Shown piece after piece: positions 1 to 13,470 of a DNA stretch of 64,000 nt. The stretch covers positions 192,579,741 through 192,643,740 of the forward strand of contig CM041465.1 in NCBI GenBank assembly GCA_023213395.1, given 5' to 3'. The DNA is from Cycas panzhihuaensis. Lineage: Eukaryota > Plantae > Cycadophyta. The notes below the pieces were generated by a model. The model ran no database searches and had not been told where the DNA came from. It saw nothing but the letters and a program-made list of their open reading frames with translations. The first letter of the stretch is position 1. Each line of letters opens with the position of its first letter. The translations under genes and the position numbers were made by a program.

Positions 1-1289
1 TTAGCTATTATTTTCTTTTTGGTTCTTCTTTTAACTCAAAATAAAAAAAAGGAAAGGAACAATTGAGAGTCTCTTTAATAGTCCTATTGTTTGGTTTGGT
101 GGCTTTGAAAGGATTTCTCTTTTTAAGTAGCCAAGATAATTGTAAGAGCATTTGAAAAATCCCATCCTTTTCTCTTTAGATGTATGTTGGGCATGGGTGA
201 ATATCATATTAAAAAATAAAAAAAGGGAAGAAAATGTCATGTATACATAGGTGCATTAGATAAAGTCATGTTAGCCTAAGTTAGTTTTCTTTAGTATTTT
301 ACCTAATTGATTATTACTTGTTGTTTATATTTAAAAGAAAACTGCATCCTAGATATGTAATTAGGGCTTAACTTCTCTTGTGTGGTTTCTCTAAGTTAGG
401 TCTTGTCCCTTCATTTATGACTTACTTGATCACTTAAGATTTAGCATCTATGGTGTACAAGCTTGTTCTCTCTTATGGATAAATGCATCCTATTGTTAGA
501 GAAATTTTGATCAATTAAGACTTGATATCTCTGATATACAAACCTCCTCTTCCTTAGGATTAATTTTTTTGTCATGTTTTAAACACTAAAGATCTTAGAT
601 TTTTGTCATATGTTAGGTTGAGAGCAGCTATCTCCTTTCTCTTATATTCACCTCTAACTACAAGAATCTATTAGAATCATATGCAAGCATCCCCAAGTCA
701 TACATTCTCATGGGTGATCATCATCCAATGAGAGATTCCCTAATGACTTATCCTTGATAGTGTCATTAATCTAAAGTCCAAGTTCTGCTAGATCTTTACA
801 TCCATTAGTCCTTCTATGCTTTACCTAGATCATCATATATTATTTTCCTTTTAGGTGGGATAGTGATCTAGGTTAAGGCATCATCTTTAGAGAGATATTA
901 TGGATAGACAAGCAAGAAAACTTAGGACATTTATTAGGGTAAAACCCCTATGAATCTTCCACATGTTGTAAGTTTATTTGCTACCTTCCCCGAGCTAAAG
1001 GGGGTCTTATTTGTATTATTTACTTAATTTAGATTATCATATTCATTTCTTGATTTGAGTTTATTATGTAAATAATAGAATGGATAAGTAACATTTTAAT
1101 CTTTCTACTTACCTAACACACAACTAAAGATTCATCCCTTCTCCCTAAGGGAAGATTCAAGGATCTAATTAAGTCATTCCACTTTTACCCTTTCCCTTCC
1201 CTCCCCCCCTCCCAACCCTCCCCTTTGCAAGAATCATTCACCTAAGTTCTCATTAGTGACTTGCCTTAAGATTTGGCATTAACATATTT

Positions 1290-3880
1290 ACTTGTTAGCG
1301 ATTTAATAACTTTCCAAGTATTATTCTACTTCATAGTAGAGATTTCAACATCTATTGTTATTCTCCACTTTTACTCTTAGAAAGTCTCCTCAAAACTCAA
1401 AGTCTCATCAACATTAAGTACATCTACCATCAAAGCAAAATTAACCATATTAGGTCTCATCCTCAATTTTTATTTCCCTTTGGTCTTGGGTAACTAAGCT
1501 TCCATTACTATTTTTAAGTACTACTTAGGGAGTTTCTTGGCAATTGAAATAACCTCATATTGTATTTTATTATATGATTCCTAAGTATCTTAATATTCCT
1601 CCTCCTCATCTTCCATTTCAACTTTAGTTAATATATTACCTAGCTTACCGTTAGTCTTTGGATCAATAAATTATTACCTCAAAGAATTAAACTTTAGTTG
1701 TGTCTCAATCTATTTCCTTTTGTATTACTATATCTTTAAAGTGTTTAGGTCAACATCTCACTTGTTAACTTCTTAAAATATGACATCCCAAGTTGTGTAT
1801 ACCTTTCTAGTTACCAACTCAAATACCTAACTCATTTTTCTTTCATTTCCATACTTAATAAGGATATACTTATAACTCTTATCATCACTTTTTAAATATT
1901 TTTCCTTTATAACATGTAGATCTATAGTGCTCCTAAAGATTCTAAGATGGTTCACTATTGCCTTTCTCCTTAGTCAAGATTTTTTTGATATCATATTCTA
2001 AAATGCCTTTATTGAATTCTTACTAACCAGATATGTTATTATGCAAATAACTTCAATTTAAAAGAATTCATCATTAGCTTGGCCTTTTCAACTAAAGTTT
2101 TATTCATCCTCTCATCAACTATATTTTGCTGAAGCGTGTTTCTTATTAGCTATTTTTTATGTCAAGGTCCTTACAAAACTGGATAAAGGTATTAGAGGTG
2201 TGTTCTTTCCCATTATTCGATCTAAGGATTTTTAAACTTTGATCACTTTTTTCCTCCACTTTCACTTTGATCTCCTTAAAAGTTTCAAAGGTTTGAGATT
2301 TCTTCATTATGAGATAAAACTAAACTCTCCTTGAAAAATCATCAATGAAGGTTAATAAATATCTTACACCTTTGAGTTATATGGTTGGCATTAGACCACA
2401 ATATCTAAGTGGGTAGGGTTCAACTTTTAGTTGCTCTCCAATCTTTACATTTTTGTAACTTCTCCCTATATTTCTTTCCTATTATATAAATTTTATAAAT
2501 AATTTTCATTGGTTTAAGTTTTAGAAGACCATGTACTATATTTAATTTATACATTAGATGAAGACAAGGGTAATGCAAATGACCCATTCTTTCATGCCAT
2601 AATTAAAATTTATAAGATGCATTAATAACTAATGTTTTTTGGTTTAAAAAATTGCCTAAGAGCTTATAAAGACTATTGTCTCTACCACCTTTTATAATAG
2701 CTTTCATATCATGGTTGTTGACAATAACCTTTCCATCCTTGAAAAGAACACTCATACTACTATCTTTAATCTAGTTGACAAAAATTAAAATTTTCTTCAA
2801 TCTTAGTATATATGTTACATCTTCGATGTAGTCATCTTCCCTATTAGGTGTGATCAATAAGACCTTATTCCCTCTACTTTTAATACCTTATTATCTCCTA
2901 ATATTATAATCTACCTATTTGCTTCCCACATGTGTCTAAACCATCCAATACTACATTCCATGTGTCTAAAATCCCTTAAATTAATGTACTAGATATCATA
3001 TGCTCTTGGGCATGTTTATGAAGGTACCATGAAGATTTTTTATCCCTTGTTAGTTGAGTTAGTTGATTAATTAGAAATGTGCCCTACCTATAATTTCTTC
3101 CCCCGTTTTTACTAATATCCCTTCTTATACTAATCAACCTATCACTTCTTATAATCTCTTTTGAAATGGCCTAACTTATTGTAATAATAGCATAGCTTTG
3201 GTTACCCCTTTCGAGCAAACTACTCCTATCATTGAAACTCATTCTTCTTTCAAATGAAAGATTTCTTCCTCTTTGACTATAGTAGAAAAACATTAAAATA
3301 TTCCTTAATAATTTTATGCTTCAATATTTACTCATATTATAATAACAATATCTCTAACTTATTAAATGTGATATTTTTTATTTTCTCTGTAAGAAAAAAT
3401 TCATCATAGAAATTTTGAACCTCTTTAATTAACTCCTTAATACCACAATAATGATACCCTTATCATCAATAATCTTCTTATTATTCTCTAATTTATTTCT
3501 AATTCCTTTTACCATTTGGAGATGTTTAACCATTTAACCCATCATCCTAAGACTATAAAGCTGATTCTTTAAAATCATAATCCTTGTATTACTTTTTTTC
3601 TCAAAGATAGGCATGATAGTATCCCATGATTCCTTAGGTGTATTCAATCTTCTAGCATTTTCCACTAGAGCTCCATTGATGGGCATGTTTATTAAACCTA
3701 AGATGAAGTCACTTTTTCCCTCAAACTTTGCATTTTCATGAGAAGTGATTATCTTTTCATCTAGTATAGGTACCTTACCTTATAAAATTTGCCACAAGCT
3801 ATTCATGTGGAGTAAATTGGTCATCTAGTGCTTCTTGGTGCCCTAGTTTTTAGTACTAATTGATTTATTTATCTAAGAGT
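1290..3880 (-). mobile_element. Degenerate Ty1/copia internal region (gag, zinc knuckle, integrase, start of RT), no LTRs recognised
   Basis: Minus-strand translation gives a gag N-terminus (..MTNLLHMNSLWQIF, ~3790-3830), a CCHC-like knuckle CYYYNKLGHFKRDY (~3150-3195) and the RT-proximal NNTWK motif (~1310-1325). Many stops and frameshifts; boundaries approximate. Confidence 0.75.
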
Positions 3881-3899
3881 TAAACATGTTTCCACCTAG

Positions 3900-6189
3900 T
3901 ATGTTTATTACCTAGGGAGTAAGCACTTCTTGAAGGATGAGGTGGGGGGGATTTCTGGATCCCCCATTTGGAATGCTCTCTTGTCCTCGAGACCTATCCT
4001 GAGCAATGGCTTACGATGGAAACTGGGGAATGGTGAAAGTATAAGATTTTGGGAGGATAAATGGTGTGGCCCCTCCAAGTTGGGCGAGTCACCATCTATT
4101 GGTAATTTGTAGAGGGTCTGTGAGGATTCATATGGCCCACTTGTCAAGCACTATTGGGAAGGACAAGGTAAGAATAGGAAATAGAGAAAGTTTGATGATT
4201 TACAGGGTTTTGAGGAGGAGATTTAGATCATTAAAGGGGCATTACACTAACAGTATATTCCTAAGAGGGCTCCTCCGGATACCCTAATTTGGTCCTTTTT
4301 ACCTTTAGGGTCCTACTCGGTTAAGGACAATTATAATTCGCTAATGATGAGAGAAGGTTGGGCTAAGGATGATATGCTGGCAGGGGTTTGGAAATTGGGG
4401 CTTATACCAAAGATAGCTACTTTTTGGTGGCTATGTCTACAAAATAAGCTTCTAACAATAGATAACCTCCTAAAGCATGGTTTTTATTTGGCGAATAGAT
4501 GTGAGTTATGCAGGGGGAGGTTAAGTCCTTGGACCACCTTAGTATCCATTTCCCCTATTCTATGTTGGGTATTGTGACAACAATTATAAGCCTAAAATTA
4601 TGGCCTATTTTCGGTGCGGTTTCCCCCCTTAATCTTTCTCGGGGGGTTCCAAGGGGGGCGAGAGCTCCCATTGGCCGAGGGATGTGGGGGGAGTGGAACG
4701 CCCCCCACTAGGAGGGGGTTCGGGGTGATAGCCCCCGACTAAAGTGTAAATAGAATCAGGGTCGTACAATGAAAATATCCTAGATTCTATGGTTGAGATT
4801 TTAGGTCTTAGATGTCCTCTCATGTAACCCGTTTTAGGGCTTTTCTTATTATGTTGTAATGTTATGCAATGTACTGTGAAGAGGGCGATGGCTGATTGTT
4901 GTTCCAGAGAGCACTCTGTATCTGTGATACTATTTTCTCCATTCTGTAGTAATAAAGATCGTTACCTTTCCTGTGTGGATGTTTCCCTAGCACACTACTA
5001 GGGTTTTACCACGTTATATCAGGTGTACATGTGATGTTTGGCTTTCATTATCTTGTTACTGTATAATCTCTGGTTTTAAGAACTTGCATGTAATTTGTAT
5101 GTTTTATTTATGTCACTAGTTGTAAGAAAGTAATAGATCTTGGTGGCTGTTAGAGGGTTAGACCTTCTATTCTCAACATTCTAGGGGGATCTAGGGTGGC
5201 TTCTGGTCCAAACTGGGAATAATATAGGTTTCTTCCAAGTCTTTGAGGGATCAATGGCTAACATGAAAATCTCCATTCAAGAGTAAAACACTAGGTAGGT
5301 TATGGAATCTAATTCTCCCAGTAGGAACTTGGCATATATGGAAGGAGCATAATAAGAGAATTTTCTAAGGTAAAGAGTTGGACAATTAGAGACTCTTTGA
5401 TAAGATTAGAAGGGGCATCTTAGAGATGTTAAAACCCTTGAAGGAGGGTAGGATTCCTAAGGGAGAAGACAACATCCTAGATAATTGGGATATCTATTGC
5501 CTGACGGGAGGGAATGTAAAGAGGAGGAAAACTATTTAGACACCTCTCGAAGAAACCTGTATCAAAATTAATTTTGACAGTGCAGCTAAAGGCAATCCTA
5601 GGGAGGCTGGGGGGGGAGGTCTGTGCAAGAATCATGTTGGGATAGTGAAGTGGGCATTTGTAGAATATCTTGGCCATCAATCAAATTATAAATTCGAAGT
5701 AAAGGCTATGCAAATGGCGATAGCCATGGTGGATGAGGAGGAGGAACAGAAAGTGATTATAGAAGGTGACTCCCTGAATGTGATTAGGAGCTTAAAGGGG
5801 GAGATGGAGGTGGAATGGAGCATTGTGGATATTATTAGGGATGCGTAGGATGTCTTGAGCTCCAAATAGAGCATTCAAATACATCACACATATAGGGAAG
5901 GAAATGCGGTGGCAGACTAGTTGGCAAATTAGGCAGTGTTAAATAAAAGGAACTAGGTATGGAAAGAGAACTTCCCAGAGGAGCTCTTTAGTTTAGTCAG
6001 GGTAGACTTCTCTGGACTTAATGAAGGGATGGATAGGAGAGGGTGAGCAGAGTGATTTTTGGATTAGCTAGGCCATGGGCTTGTCATGGCCATCTCACTC
6101 TGGCCGGTTGGCTTTTGATGTAACAGGTTTAGGGACCTGTTAAAAACCCCTTCTAATATTATTTTACCTTACCAAAAAAAAAACTAAAA

Positions 6190-6207
<18 letters not shown>
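3900..6207 (+). mobile_element. 5'-truncated L1-type LINE: ORF2 C-terminus with zf-RVT and RNase H, 3' UTR, poly(A)
   Basis: Motifs WKLGNGESIRFWEDKW (ORF 3930-4112), zf-RVT PKIATFWWLCLQNKLLTIDNL..RCELC (4344-4510) and RNase H KINFD..KGNP..GGG / IIEGDSLNVI (5560-5800). A-rich tail at ~6174-6207. The frame continues across the removed solo LTR (HFPYS|RGI*). Confidence 0.9.
4563..5178 (+). mobile_element. Solo LTR of the Tork-like copia family, inserted in the LINE
   Basis: TGTTG...CAACA termini; 5-bp TSD TTCTA (4558-4562 and 5179-5183); reverse complement is homologous to the LTRs at 31709 and 37313. Confidence 0.93.
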
Positions 6208-6231
<24 letters not shown>

Positions 6232-7688
6232 TACACATAAAATTAGGTGTTAAATAGTCCTAATACACTATATATTAATATTTTTATTATTTTTTAGTTA
6301 TTTTAATATCTTTGATCACATACATACCATTAAAAAATAGAAAATAACATGGACACCATGTAGGAAGTTAGAAAATTCTTATATGACCTCTACAAAATGA
6401 TAAAGAATTACAAATTACAAATCCTAATGCTTTAAGAATTTTGACTAGGTTGTTATATAAGTTATAAATGGCTTTAGTACCTTATGACTCCATGAGACCA
6501 AGTGGCACTTATTTAGAGGTTAACTGTTGGATTCAAAATAAGAATAATATATAATTTAATGTATTAGACTATAGGAAATTGAAAAATAAATTTTATCAAA
6601 TGTTTTGAATGGTGAATATTCAGGCAATTCTTTTTATGTTTTCAAAATTTTGGTGAACTTTATACAACTTTTGAATTTATGATTTGTCTCTTTAAATCAT
6701 ATCAACTACCATGGATACTCAAATTCTCTTACTCATCTTTGAATTTTAAGATTTATGTGGTTTATTTAGCCTTTAATCTTTATTTAGCTTTGAACTTTTT
6801 ATTTGCATATTGCTAATCATGCTATTAATATTCAACATTTAACACTTCTCATAACTTAATATTTGGTGTTTCTACACATGAATCTACATTTGATCTTTAG
6901 TAATAATCTTGATCTTCATGGATCTAACATCTCATTACAACCGATGAACTAACACAATCGACTCCTCATATTTTGGGCCCTATTGCTGATAAATTTAACT
7001 TTGAAATATTTGTGTCTTACCATAGATTCATTCCCTAGTGTTGATCTTTATTTATTTTCTTGAGCTTACAAATTTATTGGGTGTTTATCTAATAATGCCC
7101 AATAAGTCTTCAAATGATCTAGCATTTTACATCTTTAAATATTCTTAGAGTTGGTATAATAACTTGGATTTATTTATGACTTTGAAAACCCTATAATGAA
7201 TTAAAAATGACCCATAAACCATAATTCCTTCTTTGAAAATTTTGAGAAAGATTCATAAACCCTACTCATAAATGATAAAATAAAGTTTGGCATTGTGGCT
7301 TAAATTAACAGCATAACAAAGCCCTAACCCACAAAGTCATTCAACAAAAAAATTGAGTATAATTCCTCTTCACCATAATAATTTCATATTAAAAAAATAT
7401 ATATCTATAAAATAAATAAAATACCTCAAAAAGCTTCTCTAAAAACATTAAAAATCCCTACAGATTACTTGCAATAACCACCATAATTCTTCACTAAACC
7501 ATTAATTTAAAAAATAAATTTCTCTTAATACTTATCACCATAATATACCTAGCTAAAAAAATTAATTGAATTTGCTTGCACCTCACATCCCTTTCAAAAT
7601 TACCTCCTTTCACCTACTTTAATAAGAAATGTAAGAAACTTCACTAGATTGAAAATGTAAAGAAACTAAATTTATCAAGTAGAATTAG

Positions 7689-8332
7689 TGTTGAGACCTT
7701 ATCTTCTATTTTGCAACTAGTTACAGGAGTCGAAACTGAAATTTAACATGCAAGTTCTTAAACCAGAGATAATATAATAAAATAAATTAGAAAGCTAAAG
7801 CATCATATATACACCTGATATAATATGGTAAAACCCTAGCAGGGTTCTAGGAAAACATCCACATAGGAAAGGTATTGGTCTTTATTATCAAAGAATAGAG
7901 AAATATACATAATCTGTAGTAGAATGCTTACAGTAATAATAACCAACTGTCCAATTCTTCACAGTACATCTAATACATTGAACGCCATCAACATAATGAA
8001 AAAAAAACACCTTAAATCAGGATACATAAGAGAGTCATACAAGACATAAATCTCGACCATAGAATTAAAGGTATTTTGAGTGAACGACCTTGATTCTATT
8101 TACAATTTAGTATGCTTTTCAATGCTAGCTTTTTGGGTCGGGGGCTATCGCCCCTGAACCCCCTCTTTGCGAGGGGGGAGGGGGGGGGGGAGATTCCGGC
8201 ACCCCTTGTACCCCCTGGCCAAAGGGGGCTCTTGCCCCCCTTAGAACTCCCCAAGGATGTTTGGAGGAGAAACTACCATACCAACCTGTCAAAATTTTAG
8301 CCTCCAAAATATTATTGTCATATCATCTAACA
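7689..8332 (-). mobile_element. Solo LTR of the same Tork-like copia family
   Basis: TGTTG...TAACA termini; TSD ATTAG (7684-7688 and 8333-8337); colinear with 37313-37959. Confidence 0.92.
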
Positions 8333-8423
8333 ATTAGTCTACTTTCAAATTTTTTTATTTATTCAAAATACTTAATAATTATATACAAGCTTATAGGTTA
8401 TTTATGGACTGTTAATGATGCCA

Positions 8424-9496
<1,073 letters not shown>

Positions 9497-10069
9497 ACTT
9501 GGGATCAGTAACGGTCCATAAATAACCTATAACTACCTTGACACTTAGCACCATATTTGATGATGATCTTACAACTCACCAATTATTCTAATGACTCACC
9601 ATCAATTACTAGGACCTATAACTTAATAATGTAAATATTAATTCTAATATGAATATTCCTCTTCAAGAGAAGAAAGACTCTAAAAATAATATCCCTTTTT
9701 GAAGAAGAGAAGAGAAATAATAACTCCAAAAGTTATATATTTTAAATGATCTATTTAGTATTTATATATAGGTGTGCATCTAAATCATTAATTATTTTAT
9801 GCTAAGGTTGGATTCAAAATAATTAATAGTCTAAGTTGAAATTAGCCTTTAATAATTTATATTTTAAACTATAAATTTGAAACTGATTTAACTTTATTAT
9901 ATACTATATATTTAGAGTTGACAACCACTCATTTTAAAGCTAATGATAATTTCCACACTATGGTCTATGCTTCACATTTTAATTTCCTTTATTTTAAGAA
10001 TATAATTACAAAATAATAAATATGTCCTTATCTTTAAAAGTTCCTTAGTCTACTAAGAGGGATATTCAC

Positions 10070-10180
10070 ATAATAATTCCTACCTCTTAATATGCTTTAC
10101 CCTCAAAGCATGAGTATAAGTGGATGATATCACTACCATGTCTCATCTTTCACTTAATGCTAGTGTATATATTTAAGAGT
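10070..10180 (-). mobile_element. 3' end fragment of a chromovirus-like gypsy element (pre-PPT hairpin and PPT)
   Basis: Minus strand reads atgctttgagggtaaagcatattaagaggtaggaat, nearly identical to 35296-35334 and similar to 55710-55747. Confidence 0.55.
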
Positions 10181-11789
10181 TAGCCTTAGTTGGTCAACTT
10201 GGTTATAAGCCAATCCTTTATAATGAAATAAAGTACAATAATTCCCTCCATCTTGATATGCTTCACCCTTAAAATATTTTTAAAATTAAGTTTCAATGAA
10301 TGCCATAGATTATATCTTAAAGGTTTTAATAATTTAATGATAAAGTACTTACTAGTCCTTCTTATGCTAATTCTATTATACACTATAATTTTATGTCTTT
10401 GTTATACCTTAATAATAAAATATGCTTATCATTTACTACTTATATCCATGATGGAGCAGCCTCTACTATGGAAAGTCTAATATTCATCTCCTTCAAGTCT
10501 TAAATTTTAATACTATAAAGCTTATCTCATATTAAAATAGTACACCTTATATTTGATAGATTCTTCTTAGGGTCTCTTAAGGTCAAATCTAGCACTTATA
10601 CATTTGAGCTATGGAATAGTAGTAATTAGCATCTAACAAGACATGGTAAGTGCAAGAAAGCAACCCAACAAGCATCTGAGCATAGGAACATATGGTATTC
10701 AAGTAGAAATACCTAAAAAAAGCTTCTCAAGAAATGCATAACAAAGTGGATTACAAAATAAAAATGTATAACATATCATTCTATAATAAGAACCATGAGG
10801 AATATATAATGTAGAATGGAAGGAATATAACAAAAGACAAATATACATATAGATTAGCAAAGTATAATTAATGAATAGTTAATGTAATTATTATGAAAGG
10901 CCATATATTATATAAAATGTACAATTATGAATATTGATTATAATTATTCCCCAAAAGGCGTGTAAAGGGTATTTATTGGTTAATTCTCAACATTTTAAAT
11001 ATGCGAGGTATGTTATTTGATTAGGAGTCATTCTCTCTAGTATGGAGAACTAAATAATTGAGTTTTATATCATGTTCTCAATGATGTGAGAGTCAAGTTA
11101 GTAAGTTCTATGACCTATTTTCTAGTACAGAAGTTAGGTGTATTATAATATTGATGATATTCTAGCAAGAAAAATCCATATGGTGATGTATAAGTGATCT
11201 AAACATTGATATTACTTAATATAATTAAAGAGTTATATGGAAATTGTATATTATGTGTTGATTTTAATTATATATGATGCTATAATGGATGATAATGTTG
11301 TGTTATTACTTTGATATACTGTGGACTTATATGGCATGTGTATGCTAAGTGACCCATATGTTGATATAATCCCTAATTAGACTATCAGAAGTGATCTTTA
11401 ATGAGTATACCTTTTAAGGGAAAAAATGTAAAGTCGACATTAGTTTTATTATCAAAGTCTGCTAGTGGGGGGAAGAAGATCTAATGTTTTTCAATTAATG
11501 TCCAAAGACTAATACACCTAGTTACCGATATAATAATAGGTTATAACTAAGCCTCAATGGTCAATGGACCTTCCAATGCCATCAAAATGACCTTCAAAGC
11601 TGAGTGATCCACCTAAATAGCCTTCACTCATGGGAATCTTGGAATCTACTAGATAAAGTGCCACAAGATGGGCAAATGAGAAGAAATTAAGAAGGGTAAG
11701 GAGATTGAGTTTTAATAAGAATAAAAAGATTAACACACATTCTCTCAAAAGTATAAGGTAAGTGGTACCAAGACACCTCAAGAATAGGG

Positions 11790-13050
11790 AAATGAAGGAT
11801 ATGGAGAGCTAATGGTGATAACACTTACTTCATTAGAATCAGACATGCCTAGCCTAAAAAAAAAGAGGAAATTCCAAAAGAAGAAGAAGATTTGAAGGAA
11901 GAAAATAATACTTTAGAGGAGGAATAAAAATTCTAAGTAAGGAGGAAGGATTAAGTGTGGACTCTAGTTTGAAGGACTTAAGTATCATGAGGAGAAGATA
12001 AATGAAGGTCCCTCTACATATTAAAAAAATGATCTAACAAGGTAATTATTTAAGGATATGTCAAATAAGGGATCTAAGTAATCATTCTTGATTACAACAT
12101 CATTGATAATACATATACTAGGGTATCCATAAGTTATTCATCTAAGGACACCCTTTAAGAACTAGTTGTTTAAAAAAGGGAGTAGTGGGAAGGAAATCCT
12201 ATTAAGGACACCTCTAAATAGTGTCATCATAAAAGAGTTTACACCTCCAAAGGGGCAAGTTACCTCACCTATACTTTCACAAGAAGGAAGGAAACCACTG
12301 AGTAATCCAAAGACTAGAGATTTTAAGGAATTTAGGAGACTCATCTTTGAAGATACAATTGATGCAAGTGAAAATGTTTACCTATTTTAGAATTTGGTAA
12401 ATATTAAAAAGATTACAGATAAAGATGAGATTAAAGTGAGATTCACCTACTCTTAATGGGATGTTAGCTTTGCATGGTATAGACCTAGCTAAGATATAGG
12501 AGAACATTAAGAAGGAATTTGAGGAGAGATTCCAAAAGTTTAAAAGCAATAAGGTAATATAGTTATCTCTAAGAGAAATAAAACAAAGACTAGGAGAATT
12601 GGTATTGAAATATATAAATTGAATAAATATCAAAGTTGTAAATATGACAAATAGAGAAAAGATTATAAATTATAATATGAGGAGTTATTTTATTAACAGG
12701 TTTAGTTTAAAATTAAGGACTATAATTACAACCCATCCTCTAAAATCCTTCTAACATATATAAGAGTTGGCATTGGACTTCAAGAAGGAAATAGATACCT
12801 AAAAGGCAAGCCATGACCCCTTATTAATTAGATTATAAGAGGAAATCTAGGAATTGAGAAATGAAAACATAAATAAACTTTATTATCAAGTGATAAAAAT
12901 AGAGGAGATCTTAGAAATAGAAGCCCTAGAAAAGGAAGTTACAAGATTAAAATTAGAAGGGTAGAAACCTCAAGATAATGAGGAGGAGAAGAATAAGAAA
13001 TATGAGGGTGAAGAACCCCAAGTGAATAATATTTCTTATTTAGCTTCCTT
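11790..13050 (+). mobile_element. Degenerate Ty3/gypsy gag remnant
   Basis: ALHGID/AWY..*ENIKKEFEERFQK..LREIKQRLGE..(12460-12620) matches the retrotransposon gag core; acidic low-complexity flanks. Confidence 0.6.
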
Positions 13051-13149
13051 ACCTTAACCATCTCTCGAATATAGTGGTGTTATATCTTGATATGCTTATT
13101 TTGAGTATGAAACTCAGGATTCTTCAATAACTAAATAATAATTTAATTA

Positions 13150-13465
13150 TTAATGAAGATAGTCATTACACTATTTCAAATATCAAGAATGTCTAAAATT
13201 CCCTTTAATTGGACTACTTCATGAGCACCCATTAAGAGTGCTTAGTACTCTATAAACTTTTCACATCCTTCCTTAATGGAACTAGGAGATTATACTGTGT
13301 AAATTTCCTCTTTTAGTTCTCCATTAAAGAATGCAAACTTCACATCTATTTGATGTATCTACTATTCAAATTTGGTTATAATTAAAAGGATTAATATGAC
13401 TATAGTTATCTTTGACGTAAGTGCAAATGTCTCATAATAATTTATCCCTTCTTTTTATTTTAAAC
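13150..13465 (-). mobile_element. Ty1/copia RT fragment
   Basis: Minus-strand ETFAL...IHQIDVKFAFFNGELKEEIY corresponds to the copia QMDVKTAFLNG motif. Confidence 0.85.
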
Positions 13466-13470
13466 TATAA

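Noticed and set aside
1-1260. Possible retroelement 3' UTR/LTR with a PPT-like aaagggggtc near 1000
   Set aside because: No partner LTR, TSD or coding motif in the window, so it cannot be classified.
10186-10383. RVKHIK resembling the copia RNase H RTKHI motif
   Set aside because: Too short and degenerate, and it conflicts with the adjacent gypsy-type PPT signature.
11410-11775. PPT-LTR-PBS-like arrangement suggesting tandem elements sharing an LTR
   Set aside because: The motifs (aagggaaaaaatgt, tggtaccaag) are weak and no second LTR copy was found.
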